From a phage, in NCBI GenBank assembly GCA_037574385.1, contig GCA_037574385.1_4529.1: 64,000 nt of DNA; one strand, written 5' to 3'. Shown in pieces: positions 8,745 to 19,711 of this stretch. The position numbers were made by a program, and so were the translations under genes. The notes below the pieces were generated by a model. It ran no database searches and was not told the DNA's origin. It saw nothing but the letters and a program-made list of their open reading frames with translations. Each line of letters begins with the position of its first letter. The first letter of the stretch is position 1.

Positions 8745-9326
8745 TTATTCACCACAAAAGTTTCGGATTTGTTCCCAATTCAGAGAACGAAGATTATTAC
8801 GAGAGTACTGAATTACTTCAATACCAGCTTGTTTTAGAATATCTGCCCAATTTTCAGGAGATCTGTCATATAATTCTGCGTATACAACCTTTTTAATACC
8901 TGACTGCGTAATAGCTTTAGTGCAATCAGGACACGGAGAAAGCGTCGTATATAACGTAGCACCTTCAATAGAATTACCTTTACGAGCGGCAAACAAAATT
9001 GCATTCAATTCTGCGTGGATTTCATTATTAGCAGACCATGCACTATGAGCAGCTCGATGTTCTTTAGCTAAAACAAAATTATCTACCCGTCCAAATGCTG
9101 TAGTGCCTTCTTTATGACCAGCAATGATGACAGGACTCGGCTTGTTCTTCAACCAACCTTGTTCAGTAGCATGGTCACAACAGTTTATACCACCTGCCGG
9201 GCTACCGTTATACCCAGTAGAAATGATACGTCCATCTTTTTCAATGACGGCACCTACTTTCCATGAACAACATTTTGATTCTTGAGAAATCAGATATGCA
9301 ATCTGAAGGTATGTGCTAGCTTTCAT
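8745..9326 (-). CDS. cd: dCMP deaminase
   Basis: 193 aa (T4 Cd 193 aa); zinc-binding motifs HAELNAI and SPCPDC. Confidence 0.85.
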   Translation of the reverse strand: MKASTYLQIAYLISQESKCCSWKVGAVIEKDGRIISTGYNGSPAGGINCCDHATEQGWLKNKPSPVIIAGHKEGTTAFGRVDNFVLAKEHRAAHSAWSANNEIHAELNAILFAARKGNSIEGATLYTTLSPCPDCTKAITQSGIKKVVYAELYDRSPENWADILKQAGIEVIQYSRNNLRSLNWEQIRNFCGE

Positions 9327-10318
9327 TATTGAACCTTATTAATATAAGTTAACAGCTCTTTAGTTTGTTCCCAACTGATGCACGCATCGGTAACGGAAAC
9401 GCCATAGGACATATTATCAGAAATTTTTTGATTTCCTTCATGTAGGAACGATTCTATCATAATTCCTTTGACCAAATCATTAGCTGCTAAATTTTTACCA
9501 ATACCAATTTGATTGCTATAATGCCCATCAGCGTTTGCATGGCTACAGTCAACCATCACATAATGATTCAGACCTACTGCCCTTGCTTTGTTAGAAGCTT
9601 CTTGAATATCAGAAGAATGATAGTTCGGGCCGTTGGTCCCGCCACGCAATACGATATGCGTATTCTGATTACCTTCAGCTTCAACAATGCCTACAGTACC
9701 ATCGACGTCCATACCCATATACCGATGAGGCCAGGCGGCACTATACATCGCGTCTGTAGCTACTTTAATAGAACCATTGGTTGCGTTCTTAAAGCCTACG
9801 CACATCGGTAGACCTGAAGCAATTTCACGATGTGTCTGACTTTCAGTCGTACGGGCGCCAATAGCAACCCATGAGAAAATACCAGAAAGATACTTAATCG
9901 TGAATGGGTCTAATACTTCAGTTGCTAATGGAAGTCCCATACGTAGAAGTTTACGACACAATGTTCGTGCAACTATAAGACCGTGGTTCATATCAAAACT
10001 TCCGTCAAGATATGGATCATTTACAAGACCTTTCCAACCTACGGTAGTTCGAGGCTTTTCAAAATAAACGCGCATCACTAACAGAACATTAGGAAGACGA
10101 GTTTGAAGTTCAGCCAGACGTTTGCCGTATTCAACAGCAGCAATAGGGTCATGAATTGAACAAGGACCTACAACAATAAGTTTGCGTGGGTCTTCACCGT
10201 TCATAATCGAATTAACTTGTTCGCGATGAGAAGCCACTTGTGATGCGTAAGCTTCCGACAAAGGAATAATCTCAGCCAGTTCTTTTGGAGAAATAAGTTT
10301 TCCGACGACAGGTAACAT
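9326..10318 (-). CDS. 3-deoxy-D-arabino-heptulosonate-7-phosphate (DAHP) synthase, class I AroG-like
   Basis: 330 aa; long colinear matches to E. coli AroG: VVGPCSIHDP, VMRVYFEKPRTTVGWKGLVNDP, IGARTTESQTHRE, GFKNATNGSIKVA, ESFLHEGNQ, ITDACI. Confidence 0.8.
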   Translation of the reverse strand: MLPVVGKLISPKELAEIIPLSEAYASQVASHREQVNSIMNGEDPRKLIVVGPCSIHDPIAAVEYGKRLAELQTRLPNVLLVMRVYFEKPRTTVGWKGLVNDPYLDGSFDMNHGLIVARTLCRKLLRMGLPLATEVLDPFTIKYLSGIFSWVAIGARTTESQTHREIASGLPMCVGFKNATNGSIKVATDAMYSAAWPHRYMGMDVDGTVGIVEAEGNQNTHIVLRGGTNGPNYHSSDIQEASNKARAVGLNHYVMVDCSHANADGHYSNQIGIGKNLAANDLVKGIMIESFLHEGNQKISDNMSYGVSVTDACISWEQTKELLTYINKVQ

Positions 10319-10438
10319 AACAATCCTTAGGAGATATAAACAGATTCTGATTCAACAATACCTTTAACCGGATTAGACAGGTTAAGTTGGTAGTGCTCAG
10401 ATTTATGACCATTCTCGATAGTAATGAGATAGCTCTCA

Positions 10439-10675
10439 TTATAGTGTTCCATATACTCGAGTTGCTTCAACAAGACCATCACTGCCTAATTTAAGATTAG
10501 TAATTTGGTCACCATCTTTAGGATTAACGATTATGAGAAAAGAACGTGGAGATTCTTGAATAACTCGTAATGTTGCATCCTGGAAACGTTCAGACACTTT
10601 ATTGATGAGTGCTTGAGCAAATTCTTTTACTTTAATCTGAAATTCGTGTACTGTAATTGGATTTTCACTTAGCAT
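10439..10675 (-). CDS. Hypothetical protein
   Basis: 78-aa ORF; SD GAGGAAATTGAAATG. Confidence 0.5.
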   Translation of the reverse strand: MLSENPITVHEFQIKVKEFAQALINKVSERFQDATLRVIQESPRSFLIIVNPKDGDQITNLKLGSDGLVEATRVYGTL

Positions 10676-10702
10676 TTCAATTTCCTCATTGTTGGTAGAG
10701 TC

Positions 10703-10732
10703 ATCATATCACAACTCTACGGTGTTGTAAAC
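10703..10732 (-). promoter_or_regulatory. Early promoter module with inverted repeat around -10
   Basis: GTTTAC-N18-TATGAT; arms GTAGAGT / ACTCTAC; leader CAACAATGAGGAAATTGAAATG. Confidence 0.5.
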
Positions 10733-11008
10733 TTAAATTGCAAAACATTTAATTTCTTGTGAATCGAAATCAACTTCACACTGAATTACTAGTTCAGCAT
10801 CAAGACCAAACACAACAATCACATGAGCCGAGCTGGGCAACAATGTAACAGACACAGAATCCACTTGGTCAGGCACTAGTGTATTCAAAACGTAGAGTAG
10901 TTCAGAGTGGACCTTAAGCTCGGTAGCAGTATCCAGCTTATCAAAGAAATGATTTGCGATAATCTGACTAAAAACGACCTTTACAATTTCAGAATATTTA
11001 GGGAACAT
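10733..11008 (-). CDS. Hypothetical protein
   Basis: 91-aa ORF in cd-pseT hyperplastic region. Confidence 0.45.
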   Translation of the reverse strand: MFPKYSEIVKVVFSQIIANHFFDKLDTATELKVHSELLYVLNTLVPDQVDSVSVTLLPSSAHVIVVFGLDAELVIQCEVDFDSQEIKCFAI

Positions 11009-11015
11009 AATTACC

Positions 11016-11240
11016 TCAGTGTACAGTATTTACTTTAACTCGAACAACAAATTGCTCGGTCGGTTCGCCTACAGGAACAAACTCTATATGATATTCGCCT
11101 TTGTAACGAGTATTCAGGTCGTTACGAATTTCGGTAAGCTTGTTGATTAATGTAGAACTCATATTAAGTCCTACTAGTTTACGAAGCATTTTGTATGCTT
11201 CATCTTCGATTTCATGATGTTTATCGTACATAATTTTCAT
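11016..11240 (-). CDS. Hypothetical protein
   Basis: 74-aa ORF. Confidence 0.45.
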   Translation of the reverse strand: MKIMYDKHHEIEDEAYKMLRKLVGLNMSSTLINKLTEIRNDLNTRYKGEYHIEFVPVGEPTEQFVVRVKVNTVH

Positions 11241-11411
11241 TTAACCATTCAATTGTCTGGTCGACGTTATCAAATATACCACCGTCCAAACGTTCTTCAT
11301 GCTCATAGTCCAGCACATCAATACCGAACTGTCCATTTACTAAAGGCCAGGCTACAAACAAATATTCTTTATGCTGTTCGATGGCCTCAATCACTTCATA
11401 TAATCGTTTCA

Positions 11412-11412
<1 letters not shown>
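11221..11412 (-). CDS. Hypothetical protein
   Basis: 63-aa ORF abutting pseT stop. Confidence 0.4.
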
Positions 11413-12498
<1,086 letters not shown>

Positions 12499-12499
<1 letters not shown>

Positions 12500-12798
12500 T
12501 ATTTTATTCCTAAGAAAGCTTCAAGAATACGAATGTTATGTTCGCGCCGGTCTTTATTAATTTCAGCAACGTTTTTATTAATTGACGTACTTCTAACGTT
12601 TGAAGAAATAAATTTAATCATATGACTTTTGAGTTGTTGCAAATCCAACCCTTTTTCTTTAGCAGCTTTACGAAGAGCTTTACCTGCTTCGTCTAGGGCC
12701 TTTGCTGCATCTTTATCATAATTGACAAGTGACATTCCACGGCAGATATCAATATACTCATCTGACCGTTTGATATAATTCTCTAGTAATGTTTTCAT
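12499..12798 (-). CDS. Hypothetical protein
   Basis: 99-aa ORF with PeSL-type early promoter (GTTTAC-N18-TATAAT) directly upstream. Confidence 0.5.
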
Positions 12799-12826
12799 TT
12801 AGATTTCCTCAATTATCCATAGGAGC

Positions 12827-12856
12827 ATTATACTCTGCTCCCGAGAGTTTGTAAAC
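12827..12856 (-). promoter_or_regulatory. Early promoter module
   Basis: GTTTACAAACTCTCGGGAGCAGAGTATAATGCTCC; near-identical to the module upstream of ndd. Confidence 0.55.
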
Positions 12857-13080
12857 TATTTTACTAAAGATTCAATATACTCATGAAGAGCTTTAGTCGC
12901 TACTGCCCACTTGTTCTGATATTCATTTTTCAGATTAGCACGAGACTGAACTAACAAGCGGTCGTTAGTCGGAGGCAAAGATTCTAATCGTTGAATCTGA
13001 CGGCCATAAATCATAGCCGCCATTTCAGAGTCATAGATAAGTCCTTTAAGGTATTCATGCTGTTCTTTAGTCATTGACAT
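12856..13080 (-). CDS. Hypothetical protein
   Basis: 74-aa ORF. Confidence 0.45.
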   Translation of the reverse strand: MSMTKEQHEYLKGLIYDSEMAAMIYGRQIQRLESLPPTNDRLLVQSRANLKNEYQNKWAVATKALHEYIESLVK

Positions 13081-13361
13081 TTTTCCTCTTTTAAACCACT
13101 ACGATAATAACATAACATAGTCTTCTGGTCATGTACATATCTTTTTACGTCGTTTAACCAGATACGAAATTCTTGAGAGTCTTCAAATGGCATTCCAACC
13201 CATGGATTACCATCAATAACCTTTACCTGCCATTTCTGGTTATATTCAACAATAGATTCAGGCCATTGCGGATGTAAAGTTTCTTTAGGGCTTAAGGGCA
13301 CATCTTGGGCACATCCAGCCAAAATGCCAATAGATAATACAACTGCGGTTAATTTAATCAT
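13071..13361 (-). CDS. Outer-membrane lipoprotein, o-spanin candidate (Rz1 equivalent)
   Basis: 96 aa; signal peptide with lipobox LAGC; immediately downstream of and 4-nt overlapping the i-spanin candidate; T4 spanins (pseT.3/pseT.2) map to this neighbourhood. Confidence 0.55.
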   Translation of the reverse strand: MIKLTAVVLSIGILAGCAQDVPLSPKETLHPQWPESIVEYNQKWQVKVIDGNPWVGMPFEDSQEFRIWLNDVKRYVHDQKTMLCYYRSGLKEEKCQ

Positions 13362-13714
13362 TCTGAGAGCTTCCTGAGGTCTTCTGCAAAGGAATCGAAG
13401 GACCTGTTGATTTGTTTTTCAACCAATCCTGGTTTACTTGCCACCACGTTCTTCTTCTTCGAATCCTTACGGAGCTTTTCATTTTCAGCCTTAAGTTGGT
13501 CAACTAAAACACGGTTCTTATAAGTCATTTCTTCGATTGACTGATATTGAACTTTGAAGTCGTCTAATACTTTAGCATTGTTTTTAGCAGTCTCTTTAAC
13601 AGAAGCCAATTCAGTATTCAACGAATCAACTTTGTTGTTTAAGACAACTATTGTTACAGTAGAAACTAGAGCAAAAGCTGCTACTATAGCATAAATCGGA
13701 TTTACTTTAAGCAT
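13358..13714 (-). CDS. Inner-membrane-anchored coiled-coil protein, i-spanin candidate (Rz equivalent)
   Basis: 118 aa; N-terminal TM segment (IYAIVAAFALVSTVTIVVL) followed by charged coiled-coil-like periplasmic region. Confidence 0.55.
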   Translation of the reverse strand: MLKVNPIYAIVAAFALVSTVTIVVLNNKVDSLNTELASVKETAKNNAKVLDDFKVQYQSIEEMTYKNRVLVDQLKAENEKLRKDSKKKNVVASKPGLVEKQINRSFDSFAEDLRKLSE

Positions 13715-14202
13715 GTTTTAATAATCTCAATGATTTCATCTCGGGATAATCCATTGATAAGAACGGTTTTCAAACCATCACACTGGATTTTGTACGATTC
13801 AAACAATACACACAACTCTTCTGCTGTATGATACGGGCTTGAAATTCCGAGGCGGTTGAATTTGTCGGTAAGAGGGTCGCAAATAATGTAGAATTTTATA
13901 CCTGCGATATGTACGTTTGGTTGACTAATATTAATGAACACATTAGCGTCATATTTAGTCAAATTGTTTTGAAGAAATTCTACCATGGCATTAACTGCTT
14001 CCGGCATCGCTTCGCGTTTCTCTTCGGCGTATCGAGTGGAATACTCTTTTTGTTTTACTTTCTTTTTAAGATTTTTGGCCAGTGTAACACGGAGGTCAGT
14101 AAGATAACCAACTGGACGTCCTTTCTTAAAGACTCGGATTCCGTCAGTTGTGTCTCCAAAAGCGGTTACGACCATATCGTTAGTAATCAATTGCATATTC
14201 AT
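13702..14202 (-). CDS. Hypothetical protein; positional candidate for Alc (host transcription terminator)
   Basis: Tracked ORF 13702..14265 runs through the gene 63-proximal promoter; probable start is MNMQL at about 14202 after SD GAGGAGAAAATT, giving 166 aa (T4 Alc 167 aa). Identity rests on size and position only. Confidence 0.4.
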   Translation of the reverse strand: MNMQLITNDMVVTAFGDTTDGIRVFKKGRPVGYLTDLRVTLAKNLKKKVKQKEYSTRYAEEKREAMPEAVNAMVEFLQNNLTKYDANVFINISQPNVHIAGIKFYIICDPLTDKFNRLGISSPYHTAEELCVLFESYKIQCDGLKTVLINGLSRDEIIEIIKTCLK

Positions 14203-14233
14203 AATTTTCTCCTCGTGTTGTTGATAAAAGCCA

Positions 14234-14262
14234 TAGTAACACCTTCCTTGGTGTTTGTAAAC
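14234..14262 (-). promoter_or_regulatory. Early promoter module
   Basis: GTTTAC-N17-TACTAT then ATCAACAACACGAGGAGAAAATTATG. Confidence 0.5.
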
Positions 14263-14264
14263 CA

Positions 14265-15398
<1,134 letters not shown>

Positions 15399-15399
15399 T

Positions 15400-15445
15400 C
15401 AGTTAGTTTTTTTAAATTGTACCACAATCCTTGTGGTATGTAAAC
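15400..15445 (-). promoter_or_regulatory. Early promoter module upstream of gene 63 (coordinates approximate)
   Basis: GTTTACATACCACAAGGATTGTGGTACAAT with palindrome CCACAAGGATTGTGG in the spacer. Confidence 0.5.
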
Positions 15446-15855
15446 TACTTTTTCTTATGTTGGATATTCCAAGGCGGGTTGAACTTTTTGATAAAAAGTG
15501 GTTCTTCAAGGTCCATTGTTGCGATGGTCATTGAACCAAGTTCATTGGTGACTGAAAGGTCAAAACATTGGCGGGCCCAGAATTCAACCTTTTTGCCTTG
15601 CATTAAGGCATCCAAAATCATAAGTGATTTTCTTGAATCTGAAGTCTGGTCTTTTCGATTTATGGCTGTTCGATAATAGTTAATGCGTTTCTTTAAATTC
15701 TTGGTTTTACCAATATACACAAGTTCGTCATCTATAGCAATAGCGTATATGACATTTTTCTTATTAGGGGCATCAATGGTTTTAATTGTTGCATCTTCTA
15801 ATAGCTCCAATTCTATATATTTAATAAAGGAATATTCGGCGGCAATATCTTTCAT
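15445..15855 (-). CDS. denA: Endonuclease II (GIY-YIG family)
   Basis: 136 aa, same as T4 EndoII; GIY-YIG-like motif YAIAIDDELVYIGKTKNLKKRINYY; located between gene 63 and nrdB as in T4. Confidence 0.8.
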   Translation of the reverse strand: MKDIAAEYSFIKYIELELLEDATIKTIDAPNKKNVIYAIAIDDELVYIGKTKNLKKRINYYRTAINRKDQTSDSRKSLMILDALMQGKKVEFWARQCFDLSVTNELGSMTIATMDLEEPLFIKKFNPPWNIQHKKK

Positions 15856-15863
15856 AATAAAGT

Positions 15864-15877
15864 GGGACCGAAGTCCC
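15864..15877 (-). terminator. UUCG-tetraloop hairpin between nrdB and denA
   Basis: GGGAC-UUCG-GUCCC. Confidence 0.45.
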
Positions 15878-15881
15878 GTCC

Positions 15882-17057
15882 TTAGAAATATTTTTTGTAT
15901 GAATTGATTACATTTTGGTCTACATCATTATCAATTTGTGCAACAAGATAAGAACTGATTTCAACTTCCTGAGGAGCTGCTTGAACTAAATCAGAGTTCA
16001 GATATTCACGAATCCAAGGATACGGATGTTTGGTCGGAGCATCAGTAATTGGACACGGCAAACCACACTGTTTCATACGAGACACAGTCAAGTAATCAAC
16101 AAAAGCACACATACTCTGTGTATTGATACCTGGACATGTACCGTCTTTAAAGAGGTGCGCAGCCCATTCCTTCTCTTGACTATTTACTTCCATAAAAATG
16201 TCAACTGCTTCTTGTTCACATTCTTTAGCAATTTGAACCCACTCATCGCCGTCAGTACCAGATTGAAGTTGACGGATAATGTACTGAGTACCCTTAAGGT
16301 GGAGTTGTTCGTCACGAGCAATGAACTTCATAATCTTTGCATTGCCTTCCATAATTTCCATATTTTTATGGAAGTTGAAAGTACATGCAAATGATACGTA
16401 AAAACGAATAGCTTCTAAGGCGTTGATAACGTGCAAACAGAGATAAAGAGATTTCATTAGCTCACGCTTGGCGTTAAACATTATTTCTTCGTACATCTCA
16501 ATATCATTCTGCTGGCATGAGCCTAGTGAATACTCATAATTTTCCTTAGCATTTTCCCAATGGCGAGTCTTGACTAGAACATCATCATAATATTTACCTA
16601 TTGATTCAGCTCGTTTCATGATTGCTTCGTCTAATACAATTTCATCAAATACCTTAGATGGATCGGTATAAAGATTTCGCATAATATGAGTATATGAACG
16701 AGAGTGAATAGTTTCACTGAATGTCCATGTTGCAACCCATGTATCTAATGAAGGGTCAGAAATAAGTGCCATAAGTACCGCAGATGGGGCCCTGCCTTGT
16801 ATAGAATCTAATAATGATTGATACTTAAGATTGTTTGTAAAGATGTCCTGTTGGAACTGAGGAAGCTTATTGAACTGCGCAGAGTCCAACATCAAGTTTA
16901 CCTCTTCTGGGCGCCAGAAAAACGACAATTGCTTTTCAATAAGTTCTTCGAAAACTTTATGACGCTGAATATCATACCGTGCGAGGCCAAGACCAGAACC
17001 AAAGAACATCGGTTCATTCAAAACATCGACTTGTTGCGTGTTAAAAACTGTACTCAT
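15882..17057 (-). CDS. nrdB: Ribonucleotide reductase class Ia beta subunit (uninterrupted)
   Basis: 391 aa; contiguous ORF with no intron; position and size match T4 NrdB. Confidence 0.85.
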   Translation of the reverse strand: MSTVFNTQQVDVLNEPMFFGSGLGLARYDIQRHKVFEELIEKQLSFFWRPEEVNLMLDSAQFNKLPQFQQDIFTNNLKYQSLLDSIQGRAPSAVLMALISDPSLDTWVATWTFSETIHSRSYTHIMRNLYTDPSKVFDEIVLDEAIMKRAESIGKYYDDVLVKTRHWENAKENYEYSLGSCQQNDIEMYEEIMFNAKRELMKSLYLCLHVINALEAIRFYVSFACTFNFHKNMEIMEGNAKIMKFIARDEQLHLKGTQYIIRQLQSGTDGDEWVQIAKECEQEAVDIFMEVNSQEKEWAAHLFKDGTCPGINTQSMCAFVDYLTVSRMKQCGLPCPITDAPTKHPYPWIREYLNSDLVQAAPQEVEISSYLVAQIDNDVDQNVINSYKKYF

Positions 17058-17112
17058 TATATTTTCTCACTTAGTTATTAACTCATCCATGAGTAAATTA
17101 TAATCAAAAGTC

Positions 17113-19368
17113 TTAAAGCTTACAAGCAGAGCAATCTTCGGCTTTAGGTGTTTCTAATTCATAGTCATCTGTACCTGACCCATCACGAGTGTTATGATAG
17201 TAGAGATTTTTTCCGCCAAAGTACCAGAAGTAAAGCAGATCGTCAAGCATTACTGACATTGGCACTTTACCTTTCTCAAATACTGTCGGGTCATAGTAAG
17301 TATTAGCAGAAGCAGATTGGCACACCCATTTCAACATGATAGCAACTTGGGTCAAATAAGGTTTATTACCTTTCTTAGCAAGTTTCCACGCGTAGTCGTA
17401 AAGACTCATGTTATGTTCGATATTAGGAACAACCTGACGGAAGTTGCCTTCTTTAGATTCTTTAATACTTACAGGTCCACGAGGTGGTTCTATACCGTTT
17501 GTGCTATTTGAGACTTGACTGCTTGATTCGCATGGCATGAGAGCACTAAGTGTACTGTTACGAATTCCATGTTCTTTGAGTTCAGCTCGAAGTTCTTCCC
17601 AGTCACAGACGTAGTTCGGGGCTGCGATTTGGTCAATCTTTTTATTGTACCAGTCGATAGGTAATTCGCCTCTAGACCATTTAGTGTCTGAATAATACTC
17701 ACAAGGTCCTTTTTCTTTGGCGAGTTTGATTGAAGCTTTGATAAGGCCATATTGCAATCTCTCAAACAATTCATGAGTCAAATCGTTAGCGTCTTCATAT
17801 GAAGCAAAGTTAGAAGCTAACCATGCAGCATAGTTCGTCACACCAACACCGAGATTTCGACGCTTTTTAGCTTTTAAAGCTTCTGGAACCGGATAATCTT
17901 GATAGTCTAACAGGTTATCAAGTGCACGTACTTGTACTTCAGCAAGTTCATTAATTTTATCTTGGTCTTGCCAATCAAATTTATCTAATACAAAAGCAGA
18001 TAACGTGCATAAACCAATTTCAGCATCAGGACCATTCACATCATTAGTTGGAATAGCGATTTCACAGCATAAGTTACTCTGACGAATTGGAGCTTTTTCA
18101 CGAATAAACGGAGTGTAGTTATTCGTGTTATCAACAAACTGTGGATAAATTCGAGCAGTACCAGAACGTTCAGTCATGAACAATTCAAAGAGTTCTAGTG
18201 CTTTGATTCTTTTCTTTCTGATTGTTGGGTCTTTTTCAGCTTTCTCATAAAGCTCACGGAATTTATCTTGATCTTCAAAGAATGAGTAATATAGTTCGCC
18301 TGACATTTCGTGAGGGCTAAATAAAGTAATATAATCATTTTTACCAAGGCGTTCCATCATAAGGTCATTAATCTGAATTCCGTAGTCCATATGTCGAATA
18401 CGGTTTTCATCCACACCTTTGTTATTTTTCAGAACCAACAGGTTCTCTACTTCTAAGTGCCACATCGGATAATACGCCGTAGCAGCACCACCACGAATAC
18501 CACCTTGAGAACAAGATTTTACTGCAGTTTGGAAATGTTTCCAGAACGGAATAACACCCGTATGTCGAACTTCACCCATACCGATCTTAGAACCTTCTGC
18601 ACGAAGCATACCAACGTTGATACCGATACCAGCTCGTTTAGAAATATATTCAATAATTGATGCTGAAGTTTTGTTAATAGATTTTAATGAATCACCGGCT
18701 TCAATAACTACGCAACTAGAGAACTGGCGAGTTGGAGTACGAGCACCTGCCATAATTGGGGTTGGCAATGAAACTTGATGAGTAGAAACAGCATCATAAA
18801 AACGAATAATATGTTTCAAACGGTCATGAGTTTCGTCTTGATGTAAGGCCATACCAATAGCCATGATAGCAAACTGTGGAGTTTCATAAATCTTCCCAGT
18901 TGTTTTATCTTTAACTAGGTATTTTTCTTTAAGCTGCATAGCACCAGCATAAGTCAGATCAAAATCTCGCTCATGTCTAATCCGAGAATCAAGATAAATG
19001 ATTTCTTCTGCAGAATATCTAGACAACAACTCAGGATCGTATTTGCCTTCATTAACACAATACGAGATATGGTCGATAAAAGCAGGAGGTTCAAACTGTC
19101 CGTATACATCTTTACGAAGCGCAAACATTAATCCTTTAGCGGCAACATATTGATAATCAGGTTCTTCAACAGAAATCGAGTTAGCTGCAACTTTAATACA
19201 AATCTTCTGGATATCTTTAGTGCTCATCCCATCAACCAGATGAGTCTTAATTTCTTCATATAATTCGTATGGGTCTATTTGTGTTCCTTCACATTGCCAA
19301 GTTAATACTTGAATAATTTTCTGTGCATCAAAATTTTGGGATACCCCACTGCTCTTAGTTACTTGCAT
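17113..19368 (-). CDS. nrdA: Ribonucleotide reductase class Ia alpha subunit
   Basis: 751 aa; ATP-cone N-terminus, conserved catalytic core; position matches T4 NrdA. Confidence 0.9.
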   Translation of the reverse strand: MQVTKSSGVSQNFDAQKIIQVLTWQCEGTQIDPYELYEEIKTHLVDGMSTKDIQKICIKVAANSISVEEPDYQYVAAKGLMFALRKDVYGQFEPPAFIDHISYCVNEGKYDPELLSRYSAEEIIYLDSRIRHERDFDLTYAGAMQLKEKYLVKDKTTGKIYETPQFAIMAIGMALHQDETHDRLKHIIRFYDAVSTHQVSLPTPIMAGARTPTRQFSSCVVIEAGDSLKSINKTSASIIEYISKRAGIGINVGMLRAEGSKIGMGEVRHTGVIPFWKHFQTAVKSCSQGGIRGGAATAYYPMWHLEVENLLVLKNNKGVDENRIRHMDYGIQINDLMMERLGKNDYITLFSPHEMSGELYYSFFEDQDKFRELYEKAEKDPTIRKKRIKALELFELFMTERSGTARIYPQFVDNTNNYTPFIREKAPIRQSNLCCEIAIPTNDVNGPDAEIGLCTLSAFVLDKFDWQDQDKINELAEVQVRALDNLLDYQDYPVPEALKAKKRRNLGVGVTNYAAWLASNFASYEDANDLTHELFERLQYGLIKASIKLAKEKGPCEYYSDTKWSRGELPIDWYNKKIDQIAAPNYVCDWEELRAELKEHGIRNSTLSALMPCESSSQVSNSTNGIEPPRGPVSIKESKEGNFRQVVPNIEHNMSLYDYAWKLAKKGNKPYLTQVAIMLKWVCQSASANTYYDPTVFEKGKVPMSVMLDDLLYFWYFGGKNLYYHNTRDGSGTDDYELETPKAEDCSACKL

Positions 19369-19394
19369 ATATTCCTCAGTATAGGTTGATAGAC

Positions 19395-19425
19395 ATTACT
19401 CCAAACGGGATAGTATTTATCCCGT
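19395..19425 (-). promoter_or_regulatory. 9-bp perfect inverted repeat in nrdA leader
   Basis: AACGGGATA-AATAC-TATCCCGTT between a TATAAT-like element and the nrdA SD. Confidence 0.4.
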
Positions 19426-19455
19426 TAATTTATTATACACTTTTAAACTGAAGCG

Positions 19456-19710
19456 TTAATTATTCTTAGCAATAATTTCTTTGTATTCTTTAGGTGTCAA
19501 GACCGTGATATTGAAATAAACCAACGGTTCTTTTTCCATACCGTAACCACCACAAAATTCACGATATTCATAAATTCGTTCATGTGAATAACAAACGAAT
19601 CGTTCACCTTTAACTGTGATTTCACTATTTGGTGAAGGGATATCCAGTTCACTTGGATTTTTCATTTCAAAAATTGTGGTGCCATATGAATTAATAAAAC
19701 GTAAAATCAT
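19456..19710 (-). CDS. Hypothetical protein
   Basis: 84-aa ORF between td and nrdA. Confidence 0.45.
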   Translation of the reverse strand: MILRFINSYGTTIFEMKNPSELDIPSPNSEITVKGERFVCYSHERIYEYREFCGGYGMEKEPLVYFNITVLTPKEYKEIIAKNN

Positions 19711-19711
19711 T

